This document shows, piece after piece, positions 1-9,302 of a DNA stretch of 64,000 bases; positions within the stretch are counted from its first letter, which is position 1, and each line of letters begins with the position of its first letter. Made by a program: the position numbers and the translations under genes. This DNA comes from an uncultured Gammaproteobacteria bacterium (GTDB taxonomy: Bacteria; Patescibacteriota; Patescibacteriia; Patescibacteriales; Patescibacteriaceae), in assembly GCA_964628045.1 (NCBI GenBank), contig CAZVMF010000001.1:47049-111048 (forward strand). Direction: 5' to 3'. The notes below the pieces were generated by a model. That model ran no database searches and was not told the origin of the DNA. It worked only from the letters and a program-made list of their open reading frames with translations.

Positions 1-1
1 G

Positions 2-193
2 GTCGGTCAGTTATTTGGGGATAGGGATGAATGGAAAAATAAAGAAAATATGAATTTCCACACCCTCGCACAGGCGAAAGCCATGCTTTCAGATTTCAAT
101 ATTCTTTATTTTGAAGAAGAGGAAAAAGACAAGCCAACAGCCGCAGGCATTATGAAGCATTGGCATGTCTTTAATTTCATTGCGAGAAAATAA
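2..193 (+). CDS. C-terminal fragment of a probable class I SAM-dependent methyltransferase (5' end outside window)
   Basis: Frame 2 is open from the window edge to TAA at 191-193. The tail ...AAGIMKHWHVFNFIARK resembles methyltransferase C-termini; family assignment is from memory only. Confidence 0.35.
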   Translation, partial: VGQLFGDRDEWKNKENMNFHTLAQAKAMLSDFNILYFEEEEKDKPTAAGIMKHWHVFNFIARK

Positions 194-203
194 GTTTTTA
201 CTC

Positions 204-234
204 CAACAGAATCTCCCCAGAGGAGATTCTGTTG
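204..234. repeat. REP-like hairpin (CAACAGAATCTCC-ccaga-GGAGATTCTGTTG)
   Basis: Perfect 13-bp inverted repeat. It shares the core CAGAATC(T)CC/GG(A)GATTCTG with the two hairpins flanking the RAYT gene at 28.3-28.9 kb. Confidence 0.7.
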
Positions 235-308
235 TAATATTAGGGATATTCGCCAAACGCCTGAAAACCTTTTATACTGTTACTGTATTTAATTCATAAA
301 GAAGATCT

Positions 309-788
309 ATGGAAACACCAAAAAATACCATTTGTTTGTGGTTTGATAAAGGAGCCGAAGAAGCGGCGAAATTTTACGCGGCGACCTTCCCGGACTCTAA
401 GGTATCTAGCGTTTTCTATGCGCCAAGCGATTTTCCGGGCGGTAAAAAGGGCGACGCGCTGACAGTAAATTTTACGGTATTTGGAATTCCGTGCATCGGA
501 TTAAACGGCGGACCGGTCTTTAAGCACAGTGAAGCGTTTTCATTTCAGATTACAACAGAGGATCAAGAGGAAACAGATAAATATTGGAACGCGATTGTCG
601 GCAACGGGGGACAGGAAAGTGATTGCGGTTGGTGCAAAGATCGCTGGGGATTGTCATGGCAAATTACTCCGCGCACTTTAACCGAAGCATTATCTGCCGG
701 CGGCGATGAAGCCAAGCGCTCCTTTGATGCGATGATGACTATGAAAAAGATCGACGTTGCGGCGATTGATGCGGCGCGACGAGGATAG
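309..788 (+). CDS. VOC (glyoxalase-fold) family protein, PhnB / 3-demethylubiquinone-9 methyltransferase-like domain
   Basis: 159-aa ORF. The motifs WFDKGAEEAAKFY...FTVFG...GWCKDRWGLSWQI are the typical PhnB-like signature. It looks GC-richer than its neighbours. Confidence 0.8.
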   Translation: METPKNTICLWFDKGAEEAAKFYAATFPDSKVSSVFYAPSDFPGGKKGDALTVNFTVFGIPCIGLNGGPVFKHSEAFSFQITTEDQEETDKYWNAIVGNGGQESDCGWCKDRWGLSWQITPRTLTEALSAGGDEAKRSFDAMMTMKKIDVAAIDAARRG

Positions 789-799
789 TTTTAAAATAT

Positions 800-1525
800 A
801 TGCAATTAAAAGTATTAACGTGGAATATCTGGTGCGGAACCTATTTAAAAGATGTTATTTCTTTTTTGAAAAAGGAACAGCCTGATATTATCGCGCTTCA
901 GGAAGTGTTGGAAGAAGAGAACGGCAATATTGCTTTAACGATTGCTAAAGAACTTGGCTATGAATGTGTAGTTGCTTTTGGTATGCATATGCCGGCAAAG
1001 TTTTTAAATAGCTCTTCGATTAATCCTGAGACATTAATTAGTTTTGGAAATGCTATTCTTAGTAAATATCCAATTATTAATAGCACAACACATGATTTGC
1101 CTCAAGGCGAAAATAAACGCCCTATGATTCAAGCGGATATTAAAATCGAAGAGAACATAGTTCATGCATTTAGTCTTCATTTAAAACATTCTCATCAACA
1201 GCCACTGGAGATGCAAAATGACCAAGCAGATAAACTGTTGACGGTTATTCCAAAAGAAAAATCAATTGTCATGGGCGATTTTAATTGCTTGCACGATAGC
1301 TATCCAATCCAAACAATTAGTAAGGTTTTGAATAATACTGAGCCAACCACTCAAACACCGACTTGGTGTAAACATATTGGCGGTTGTTCCGTCTGCAATG
1401 TTAATGAGATAAAATATAAGTTAGATTATATTTTTGTTACTAAAGATTTGAATTTTAATTCTTTTAAAGTAACTGACTCCGAAGCTTCTGATCATTTACC
1501 GGTTTCGGTATTAATTGAACTATAG
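800..1525 (+). CDS. Endonuclease/exonuclease/phosphatase (EEP) family protein
   Basis: 241 aa with motifs LTWNIW, LQEV, GNAILSKYPI, GDFN, SDHLPV. Confidence 0.8.
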   Translation: MQLKVLTWNIWCGTYLKDVISFLKKEQPDIIALQEVLEEENGNIALTIAKELGYECVVAFGMHMPAKFLNSSSINPETLISFGNAILSKYPIINSTTHDLPQGENKRPMIQADIKIEENIVHAFSLHLKHSHQQPLEMQNDQADKLLTVIPKEKSIVMGDFNCLHDSYPIQTISKVLNNTEPTTQTPTWCKHIGGCSVCNVNEIKYKLDYIFVTKDLNFNSFKVTDSEASDHLPVSVLIEL

Positions 1526-1539
1526 GTTTTTATCATCTC

Positions 1540-2022
1540 ATGACGCACAAGGAAACAACAGTCGGTCACATACATCTTACGGTCTCTGATCTTGAGCGAG
1601 CGCTTGGTTTTTATCGTGATCTTTTAGGATTTGAAATTTCTGCGCGCTACGGCGACTCCGCCGTTTTCCTTTCGGCCGGCGGTTATCATCATCATATCGG
1701 ACTCAATACCTGGCAAGGTAAAGATGCGACGCCCGCGCCACAAGGCCATACGGGAATGTATCATGTCGCATTTCTATATCCCTCAAGACTTGAATTAGCA
1801 AAAGTATTAAAAACTTTGATTGATGCCGGCTATCCGATTGATGGTTCGGCGGATCACGGCGTAAGCGAGGCGATTTATTTAAAAGATCCGGACGGCAATG
1901 GCGTAGAGATATATGCTGATCGTCCGCGCGAATCATGGAAAGTTGGGAATGACGGGATGGTAGAGATGGTAAGCGAACCGCTTGATATACAAAATATTTT
2001 GGATGAATTGAATTCTAAGTAG
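1540..2022 (+). CDS. VOC family protein (glyoxalase/bleomycin-resistance/extradiol dioxygenase-like)
   Basis: 160 aa. HIHLTVSDLERALGFYRDLLGFE and a second module ...GMYHVAF...AIYLKDPDGNGVEIY. Confidence 0.8.
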   Translation: MTHKETTVGHIHLTVSDLERALGFYRDLLGFEISARYGDSAVFLSAGGYHHHIGLNTWQGKDATPAPQGHTGMYHVAFLYPSRLELAKVLKTLIDAGYPIDGSADHGVSEAIYLKDPDGNGVEIYADRPRESWKVGNDGMVEMVSEPLDIQNILDELNSK

Positions 2023-2029
2023 GGTTTAT

Positions 2030-2383
2030 ATGAAAAATTATAAAAACATACACGAATACATACAAGAAGCTCCGAAAGAGTTTCGTTCAACATTAAAGCA
2101 GATGCGGGGGCTTGTTACAAAGCTCGTGCCTAAGGGCGAAGAAGCAATTAAATACGGCATGCCGACAATCCGACTTAACGGCAAAAATTTCCTTCATTTT
2201 GCGGCGATGAAGCATCATCTTGGTTTTTATCCAACGCCATCGGGCGTAAAAGCCTTTCAAGATGAATTAGTAAAAAAAGCTATTGATTTCTCAAAAGGCT
2301 GTATCAGATTCTCGTATATTCAAGCCTTGCCTGTTGCGCTTATCAGTAAAATAATTCGATTTCGTTTACAAGAAGAAAAATAG
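2030..2383 (+). CDS. DUF1801 (YdhG-like) domain protein
   Basis: 117 aa. The pattern IKYGMPT...NFLHFAAMKHHLGFYP matches the DUF1801 family as I recall it. Confidence 0.6.
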   Translation: MKNYKNIHEYIQEAPKEFRSTLKQMRGLVTKLVPKGEEAIKYGMPTIRLNGKNFLHFAAMKHHLGFYPTPSGVKAFQDELVKKAIDFSKGCIRFSYIQALPVALISKIIRFRLQEEK

Positions 2384-2398
2384 TGCTATTATTTAACT

Positions 2399-2713
2399 AT
2401 GAAACAACAAATTTCTAAAGGCACGGTACATACCATACCGTCTGATCTAGGAAAAGCGCTTAGTGCGGACAAAAAGGCGCTGGCCGTCTGGGAAGAACTT
2501 ACTCCGCTCGGACGCAATGAATGGATTTGTTGGGTTACCTTTGTTAAGCAAGAAGCAACAAGAATAAATCATATCAAGCGTCTCGTTACTGAAATAAAAC
2601 AAGGCAAGCGCCGGCCTTGTTGCTGGATCGGTTGTATTCATCGCACCGATAAAACGATCAGTCCGTCGATTAAAGGAATACTTGAAAAACGAGCGAAAAA
2701 ATTTAAAAAATAA
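2399..2713 (+). CDS. YdeI/OmpD-associated (OmdA) family protein
   Basis: 104 aa. [16 protein letters not shown]...[17 protein letters not shown] is characteristic of the YdeI/OmdA domain. Confidence 0.65.
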   Translation: MKQQISKGTVHTIPSDLGKALSADKKALAVWEELTPLGRNEWICWVTFVKQEATRINHIKRLVTEIKQGKRRPCCWIGCIHRTDKTISPSIKGILEKRAKKFKK

Positions 2714-2726
2714 TTTTTATAAAAAA

Positions 2727-3218
2727 ATGTCTACACAAACTAACGAACGAACGTTTCTTTTGCAAAAAATTCAACCGGCTTTACTCGGCTTGATGGACGG
2801 TTCGGTTTCAACTCTCGCGCCATTATTTGCGACAGCCGGATTAACTCATAGTCCGCACGACGCATTTTTTGTCGGCACAGCCGCGTCAATCGGGGCGGCT
2901 ATCAGTATGGGATTAGCTGAAGCATTGTCTGATGATGGAAAAATAACAGGGCGAGGAAAGCCCTTTATGCGCGGATTGATAACTGGTTTTGCAACGGCTC
3001 TCGGAGGAATGCTTCATACCTTGCCTTTTCTGCTAAATGATTTAACACTTGCCCTGAGACTTGCATATATTATTGTTATTTTAGAATTATTTGCCATTGC
3101 ATTTATCCGTTTTAAATATATGGAGAGTTCTTTAATTAAAACTACAATTCAAGTTATTTTAGGTGGCGCAGTCGTTTTTGTTATTGGAGTTTGGCTAGGT
3201 TTCTTGGGAACAATGTAA
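2727..3218 (+). CDS. VIT1/CCC1 family (iron/manganese) transporter
   Basis: ATG at 2727 is preferred over TTG at 2682 because it avoids overlap with the upstream gene. [16 protein letters not shown] plus several TM helices. Confidence 0.7.
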   Translation: MSTQTNERTFLLQKIQPALLGLMDGSVSTLAPLFATAGLTHSPHDAFFVGTAASIGAAISMGLAEALSDDGKITGRGKPFMRGLITGFATALGGMLHTLPFLLNDLTLALRLAYIIVILELFAIAFIRFKYMESSLIKTTIQVILGGAVVFVIGVWLGFLGTM

Positions 3219-3221
3219 ATT

Positions 3222-4070
3222 TTGTATATGCTTAAATTTAATCCAGAAGAATTAAAACAACTGAATTACGGGCCGGAAGATTCTGAAAAGATGAAGCAAT
3301 TGACTCGTGATCAAGACGAGATTTTGAAACGGGCCCATGAAACGGAAATTGTTGAGGAGGCGAAGACTATTTTAAAAAAAGCTACTTTAATGTCAGACCT
3401 CAGGGACAGAAATATTGCCTTTGATGATGAGGAGATTCAATCTGAAAAATTTCCAAAAGACGAGCTTGAGAAAATTGAAGAATTGAGAGAAAAAATTGAC
3501 AACGAACTGTTTGATGACAGTAGTGATTTTTTTACAGCCGTAGATAAAGACTCAACAGAAGAATTATTTTTTAAATTATTGGCTGAAGAATTTCCGGAAT
3601 TGAATGTTTCTGTCGATGAGCAGGCCCTTAATAATGGTGAACCATTGGCTCCCTGGCAAAACGGTGTCAAATCCGTTCCGTTTAAAACCGATCGAAAGTT
3701 ACTTTTTGATTTAGGTAGTTTGCCTATTGTTTCTTTTTTGGAAAAACCATTTTTTGAAACAGACCTAGTGCAAGAATTGCATGATAGTGGAGTATTGTCA
3801 GCGGAAATGATCAATAGGATCTTTATCAGAGATTGTCAGAAGCAATTGCATTTTTGCAAAAAAATGTCGGAGGTTCAAAAGGACATGCTTGCTCATCGTA
3901 AAGACGCTTTATATTCTGTTGATGATTTAAATTATTGGGATCGACAAGTTGGTGAATGGGAGGAAGAGTTACAAAAATATGGAGATAGTAAGGCGTTATC
4001 AGACGAAGAGGCCAAAGAGTTGATGCGTAACGCGGTTAAGGAAGAATTAAAGAAAAGACTCGGAATGTAA
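3222..4070 (+). CDS. Hypothetical acidic coiled-coil protein
   Basis: 282-aa E/D/K-rich ORF with no family recognised. ATG at 3228 is an alternative start. Confidence 0.5.
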   Translation: MYMLKFNPEELKQLNYGPEDSEKMKQLTRDQDEILKRAHETEIVEEAKTILKKATLMSDLRDRNIAFDDEEIQSEKFPKDELEKIEELREKIDNELFDDSSDFFTAVDKDSTEELFFKLLAEEFPELNVSVDEQALNNGEPLAPWQNGVKSVPFKTDRKLLFDLGSLPIVSFLEKPFFETDLVQELHDSGVLSAEMINRIFIRDCQKQLHFCKKMSEVQKDMLAHRKDALYSVDDLNYWDRQVGEWEEELQKYGDSKALSDEEAKELMRNAVKEELKKRLGM

Positions 4071-4074
4071 AAAA

Positions 4075-4104
4075 ATCCCGGCACTTTTTAGTGTCGGGAT
4101 TATT
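4075..4104. terminator. Bidirectional rho-independent terminator
   Basis: ATCCCGGCAC-ttttta-GTGTCGGGAT hairpin between convergent genes, with an A-run upstream and T-rich sequence downstream. Confidence 0.65.
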
Positions 4105-4117
4105 AGTTTAGAAATTG

Positions 4118-5719
4118 TTATAGTAATTCTTCTGCGAGAGCTGCTAATTCGGAACGTACAACGTCAGGCAAGCTGGTTACCGCAATAATCTTTTGTCCTA
4201 TCATTCGGGTCATGGCATAACTTAGTCCGCTCGTTGTAAGATCGAGATTTTTAATATCAATCTGACCTAAATCTCCGGTAAAGACAATTTTTGTGCCTTT
4301 GCCCACGCGCGTAATAATAGTTTTTATTTGGTGCGGGGTGAGATTTTGCGCCTCATCAACTATTATAAATCGCTTTGCAATGCTTTGACCGCGTATGTAA
4401 TCAAGGGGTTCAATTACGATTTTTTGTTTATTTATCTTATCCTGAACCTTTGTTAATGGCTTTTTTTCATCGTCATTTTCTGTGTTCTCATCAGATTCTT
4501 TTTTCCCATTCTTCTTATTTTTATTCGTTTTATTCTGTGAAGAAGATTTATAGGATTTAGGTTCATGTTCACCTAGGAATTCAAGATTTATCCAGATCGG
4601 TTTTAACCATGGATCCATTTTTGCTTTAATATCACCAGGTAGAAATCCCATTTTATCATCATCCGATAGGGCAACGGCAAGACGAGTAACGATGGTTTGT
4701 TTATATAATAGTGGCTGAGCAAGGGCAGCCGCTAAGGCAATTAATGTTTTGCCTGATCCGGTTTTACCTTGTAGAAATACGCATTTAATATCCGGATCAA
4801 GTAATTGCTTAAAGGCGATCGCTTGCGCCCAGTTATCTTTATTCTGAAAAGTGCTTTTAGTGTCATCGCCATTAATATCATAAGGTCCGATATTGTAGGC
4901 AGAAATTCCTTCGGGTACTATTTCAAAATATTTTTCCTTTCGTATTGCAACGCAATATTCCTGTCCTTTATAGTTACAGATCACTCCACTGTTTAACGGT
5001 ATAGCCATTCTGTCTTTATGATTGCTAAGGGGGATAATTTTTATTTCACCCTGGTCTTTGATTTCCTCAACAAGAATGTTAATGCTTTGGACCGGTGTTC
5101 TTAATTCATTCTCTTTGGTTTTATCTCTTTTGTATTCTTCAACCATAACGCCGGTTAGAACGTCTTCGGCTAAAACACGCAAGAGCGTATCATGAGTGAT
5201 GAATTTGATATGAGTATAACGTTTTTTATTATTGCTGAAAAAACTGTTAACTTGTCCTAAGATAATGTAATCCGGATGATTTTTCTCCAGATTTTTAAGA
5301 CGTCCGGAAAATTTTAGACCGACATGTATACGGATTTTACTTTTTTTCTGCTCCCGGTAAAACTTGATCATCCTGATCGCTTCTCTGACATCATAGCCAA
5401 TGCTAAAATTGTTTTTTAGATTGTCTAGTTCATAGAGAACTTGGCTGGGAATAATAACAGTATTTCCGGCTTCAATAATAACTTTAATACTCTGTGGATT
5501 ATATATTAACGCATTAGTATCAAAGATTACTGCGTTACCGCGAGCGCTGGGTACGGCGGGTTTATTAATTGGGTTTTGGTTAAAATTAATGATTGACGAG
5601 CCGCTGTGGTTTTGATTGTCCAGGCTCTTGGTGCTAAACCTGTCTTTGTTGCGAAAATTATTTTTGCCTGCTAAGTGATTTCTGCGAAATGTTTTGTTGC
5701 CATTATTTATATCAGCCAC
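4118..5719 (-). CDS. PhoH2-type protein (N-terminal PIN domain + PhoH-like ATPase)
   Basis: 533 aa. PIN-like N-terminal part (VIFDTNALIY...), Walker A GKTGSGKT, Walker B IIVDEAQN, and a PhoH C-terminal part. It contains a ~50-aa K/N/E-rich insertion. Confidence 0.85.
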   Translation of the reverse strand: MADINNGNKTFRRNHLAGKNNFRNKDRFSTKSLDNQNHSGSSIINFNQNPINKPAVPSARGNAVIFDTNALIYNPQSIKVIIEAGNTVIIPSQVLYELDNLKNNFSIGYDVREAIRMIKFYREQKKSKIRIHVGLKFSGRLKNLEKNHPDYIILGQVNSFFSNNKKRYTHIKFITHDTLLRVLAEDVLTGVMVEEYKRDKTKENELRTPVQSINILVEEIKDQGEIKIIPLSNHKDRMAIPLNSGVICNYKGQEYCVAIRKEKYFEIVPEGISAYNIGPYDINGDDTKSTFQNKDNWAQAIAFKQLLDPDIKCVFLQGKTGSGKTLIALAAALAQPLLYKQTIVTRLAVALSDDDKMGFLPGDIKAKMDPWLKPIWINLEFLGEHEPKSYKSSSQNKTNKNKKNGKKESDENTENDDEKKPLTKVQDKINKQKIVIEPLDYIRGQSIAKRFIIVDEAQNLTPHQIKTIITRVGKGTKIVFTGDLGQIDIKNLDLTTSGLSYAMTRMIGQKIIAVTSLPDVVRSELAALAEELL

Positions 5720-5804
5720 ATTTCCTCCTGGTTTATTTATATGTTTAATTCAATTTTTTATGTACTTTTTATAATCTAGTTTTAGCACTGCTTAGATTAT
5801 AAAT

Positions 5805-5827
5805 CAAGCAGTGGTATCCACTGCTTG
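5805..5827 (-). terminator. Rho-independent terminator of the ABC-2 operon
   Basis: On the minus strand: CAAGCAGTGG-ata-CCACTGCTTG (10-bp stem) followed by ATTTATAAT. A third copy of CACTGCTT lies at 5787-5794. Confidence 0.55.
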
Positions 5828-5858
5828 AATAGCTATACAAGGTATTGTATATATAGGC

Positions 5859-6605
5859 CTAAATCTCGATTTTCTTGAAGAAATAGCTGCCTAGGAACAG
5901 GAAAACAAGGGTAACTCCGACAAGGACAATCATATCAAGCCCGAGTCCATAATGGCTTGCGCCAATCAGTATGGCGCGTAACGCATCAATACCGTACGAT
6001 AGCGGGTCGATTTGCGCGACAATGGAAAGAGCTTTTGGCAAGCCTTCCAACGGGAACAATGAACCGGAAAGAAAGAAGAGCGGCATAATCAAGAAGTTCA
6101 TGATTAATTGAAAGCCTTGCATGTCTTCAAGCATTGAGGCGACCATGGTTCCGAGCGAAGTGAATAACAGGGCAATCAGGAACATGATGAAAATAGCCGG
6201 GATAATACTGATAAAACTTTCCGGACGGAAACCGAAGAGCAGGGAAATAAGGAGAACGATGGCGCCTTGGATGGTCGCAACAGTTGCTCCGCCCAATGTT
6301 CGTCCGATCATGATATGAAATCTCGACATAGGCGCCACCATCATTTCTTTAAGAAAACCGAATTGGCGATCCCAAATAATTTCCATACCGGAAAAGATGG
6401 CGGTAAAAAGAATGCTCATCGCAATAACTCCCGGTGCCAAGAAGTTTAAATAATTTCCTTCGCCGGCTTTTTGGAAAATTGAACCGAAGCCGTAGCCGAG
6501 CGCCAAAAGAAATAAGACCGGTTGGCCGAGACTGCCGATAATACGCGAGCGTGAGCGAATGTATTTTTTTAATTGTCGGAGCCAAAGAATATATATTTTT
6601 TTCAT
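5859..6605 (-). CDS. ABC-2 type transporter permease
   Basis: Start taken at MKKIYILWLRQLKKY (ATG 6605), 4 nt after the ATPase stop. Six TM helices and an ABC-2 membrane-protein pattern. Confidence 0.8.
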   Translation of the reverse strand: MKKIYILWLRQLKKYIRSRSRIIGSLGQPVLFLLALGYGFGSIFQKAGEGNYLNFLAPGVIAMSILFTAIFSGMEIIWDRQFGFLKEMMVAPMSRFHIMIGRTLGGATVATIQGAIVLLISLLFGFRPESFISIIPAIFIMFLIALLFTSLGTMVASMLEDMQGFQLIMNFLIMPLFFLSGSLFPLEGLPKALSIVAQIDPLSYGIDALRAILIGASHYGLGLDMIVLVGVTLVFLFLGSYFFKKIEI

Positions 6606-6609
6606 ATGG

Positions 6610-7401
6610 TTATTTTTTACCTCCCCAGACGCGAGCCATCTGTCTAAATTGATCTTTACCACTCGATGCTTCATCGCGAATTGTTTTTCCGGTTAATTGC
6701 AAAAATGCTTCCTCGAGAGTTGTGGTGTTGGTTTGTTGTTTTAATTCGGCCGAAGTTCCCATGGCGATAATTTTTCCATGATCAATAACAGCAATACGTT
6801 GAGCAATTTTATCCGCTTCTTCCATGTAATGAGTAGTGAAGAAAACGGTCGTGTTTTCGGTGGCATTCAGCTTTTTTCAATATTTCCACATATGATTTCT
6901 GGTTTGCGGATCTAAACCGAGTGTCGGTTCATCAAGAAAAATGATTTTTGGATGATGCAAAAGACCGCGGGCGATTTCGAGACGACGCTTCATACCGCCG
7001 GAAAATTCTTTGACCGGCGAATCTTTGCGATCCCAGAGTTCAACGAAATTTAAAAGTTGTTCAATGCGTTCTTTGCGAAGTTTGGTCGGCACATCATATA
7101 AGACGCCGTGCAATTCCATATTTTCCAAGGCGGTTAAATCATCATCAAGGCTCGGATCTTGAAAAACAATACCGAACGAGCGGCGTGTTTCATCCGGATT
7201 TTTAACAGGATCATGGCCATTAAGCATGACGGTGCCTGAGCTTGGATGCAGCAAGGTTGTCAGTATTTTAATGGTTGTAGATTTTCCGGCGCCGTTCGGG
7301 CCGAGAAAAGCGAATATTTCTCCCGGTTTAACCGAGAACGAAATATTGTCGACAGCGACAAACTCGTCGAATTTTTTCGTCAGATTTGTTACTTCAATCA
7401 T
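6610..7401 (-). pseudogene. ABC transporter ATP-binding protein (ABC-2/DrrA type) interrupted by one in-frame TGA
   Basis: A single reading frame runs from 7401 to 6610. Walker A GPNGAGKST, signature FSGGMKRR and Walker B IIFLDEPTLGLD lie upstream of the TGA at 6877-6879. The H-loop TTHYMEEAD lies downstream in the same frame. Confidence 0.8.
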
Positions 7402-7518
7402 AAAATTTGGTTTTTAGTGTATAGCAATGATACACCAGTTTCAGGTATTTTTCAATTGGTCAAAAGCCGCTGTATTATATATAATGATTCTATGATATTT
7501 AAGTTACAATTATGAATT

Positions 7519-8202
7519 ATGCGCACGCCAATCTTATTTTATAAAACAAAAGAAACCATTAAACGCTGCTTTAGCGGAACTTTTTTACTGTGGCAGGGGA
7601 TTGCCATTGCCCTAACCGCCCTTATTGTTTTATCTGGTTTTGATTGGTATTATTTTACGATTTCGCGAGCGCCGATATTAAAAACCTTGGTTTTTCCGGC
7701 AATTATTGCCGGCGCTTTTCTACCTATCATGATTCCTTTGGCTTTATTATTGATTGGAGCTATTATAAAAGATAAGACCATGCGCATAGCCGCGTGGGGA
7801 CTTGGTCAGGCAGCATTATACGGATGGATTTTATCGGCCGCGTATAAATCGTTATCCGGCCGTATTCCGCCGGTATTATTCGGACAAAGTGAACATGTTG
7901 GCGCGGATATCAGTCGTTTGTTTCAATTTGGTTTTATGCGCGGCGGGATTTTTTGGGGCTGGCCTTCATCACATACTACCGTAGCTTTTGCGATGGCTAG
8001 CGCCTTATATATGATGTTCCCAAAAAATAAATTATTGTATATCAGCGGTTTTGCGTACGCGTTGTACATCGGTTTGGGAATTTCCGTAAGTATTCACTGG
8101 TTTTCTGAATTTGCCGCTGGAATGATTTTCGGAACGATCGTTGGATTGGCAGTCGGTAAAGCGTTTAAACATAAATTTCATTCATTATTTGCACGAGTAT
8201 GA
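7519..8202 (+). CDS. PAP2 superfamily phosphatase (membrane)
   Basis: 227 aa. PAP2 motifs KSLSGRIPP, PSSHT and SVSIHWFSEFAAG, with multiple TM helices. Confidence 0.75.
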   Translation: MRTPILFYKTKETIKRCFSGTFLLWQGIAIALTALIVLSGFDWYYFTISRAPILKTLVFPAIIAGAFLPIMIPLALLLIGAIIKDKTMRIAAWGLGQAALYGWILSAAYKSLSGRIPPVLFGQSEHVGADISRLFQFGFMRGGIFWGWPSSHTTVAFAMASALYMMFPKNKLLYISGFAYALYIGLGISVSIHWFSEFAAGMIFGTIVGLAVGKAFKHKFHSLFARV

Positions 8203-8621
8203 CATGGGTAGCCTACGCAATCCTTTCCGCATTTTTTGCCTCATTGGTTGCTATTTTCGGTAAGATCGGAATTCAAGGAGTAAACAGTAATTTGGCGGTT
8301 GCTCTGCGAACTATTGTTATTGTTATTTTTGCGTGGGCGATTGTTTTTATGCAAGGCAATGCACACGAACTTTTTAAGATTTCACGTTTTTCCTATATAT
8401 TTATAATTTTATCTGCCATTGCCACCGGTTTGTCATGGCTCTTTTATTATAAAGCCCTTCAAATTGGTGAAGTGTCGCGAGTTGCTCCGATTGATAAACT
8501 GAGTGTAGCATTAACCATTCTTTTGGCGTTTATATTTCTAGGCGAAAAGCCGAGCTTTGGCAATATTATCGGCGGCGTTCTGGTGACTGCTGGCATATTG
8601 GCAACAGTGTTTATTAAATAA
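8199..8621 (+). CDS. EamA-domain (DMT superfamily) small transporter
   Basis: 140 aa with 4-5 TM helices and an EamA-like pattern. ATGA start/stop overlap with the upstream gene. Confidence 0.7.
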   Translation: MTWVAYAILSAFFASLVAIFGKIGIQGVNSNLAVALRTIVIVIFAWAIVFMQGNAHELFKISRFSYIFIILSAIATGLSWLFYYKALQIGEVSRVAPIDKLSVALTILLAFIFLGEKPSFGNIIGGVLVTAGILATVFIK

Positions 8622-8626
8622 ACTAT

Positions 8627-9298
8627 ATGATGAAAAAAATATTCGGTGTCATGATAATTTTAGCCATTATCGGCGTCGTCGCATTTTTTCTCTGGAAAGC
8701 TAATAAGGCTAATGATGTGACAAATACTTCTACCAATGAAGCCGTTGTTACGCCGACCAATACGGTTGAAGAGCAGCCGACCGGTGAGGAAAGCGAGATG
8801 CAAGCATATACGAACAATGAATACAAATTCACTTTTGAATACAGCGCTGATTTTAAAAAGCTAAGCGACGATGACAATGCCCGTTTGCCATGGTCCTTTG
8901 AATCATCAAAGCCGGGCGCGCGCTTGGTAAGCGTTGAGCTGCCGAAAGAATTCGCACCGCAAAGTAATTTTTCCGAAGCGACGGTCAGTGTCGGCGTTAC
9001 GAACGACGCGACTGAAGTGGCCGCTTGCATAATCGGAGATTCCGAGCCGGCGGAAAAGAAAGTGATTAACGGCGCGACTTTCGTGAAGACTTCATCGAGC
9101 GACGCGGGCGCCGGAAATCTGTATGAAACCGTAAGTTATAGAATTGTTCGCGATGGTGTTTGTATGGCTTTGGAGCAAACGATTCATTCGACAAATATTG
9201 GAAATTATTCTCCGGAACAAGGGATTAAGGAATTTAATAAAGCGAAAGTACAGGCCGCTTTGGACGAAGTTATCAATTCATTTATCTTTAATAAGTAA
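8627..9298 (+). CDS. Hypothetical membrane-anchored secreted protein
   Basis: 223 aa with an N-terminal signal anchor MMKKIFGVMIILAIIGVVAFFLW. No family recognised. Confidence 0.55.
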   Translation: MMKKIFGVMIILAIIGVVAFFLWKANKANDVTNTSTNEAVVTPTNTVEEQPTGEESEMQAYTNNEYKFTFEYSADFKKLSDDDNARLPWSFESSKPGARLVSVELPKEFAPQSNFSEATVSVGVTNDATEVAACIIGDSEPAEKKVINGATFVKTSSSDAGAGNLYETVSYRIVRDGVCMALEQTIHSTNIGNYSPEQGIKEFNKAKVQAALDEVINSFIFNK

Positions 9299-9302
9299 TT
9301 TC

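Noticed and set aside
6877-6879. Possibility that TGA is recoded genome-wide (code 25 Gly as in Gracilibacteria/Absconditabacteria, or code 4 Trp), or encodes selenocysteine.
   Set aside because: All other long ORFs, including the 1970-aa RHS gene, are free of in-frame TGA. TGA also terminates several well-delimited genes (8200-8202, 16175-16177, 37913-37915, 45377-45379). The position is not a Cys/Sec-type catalytic site, and I saw no SECIS-like hairpin.
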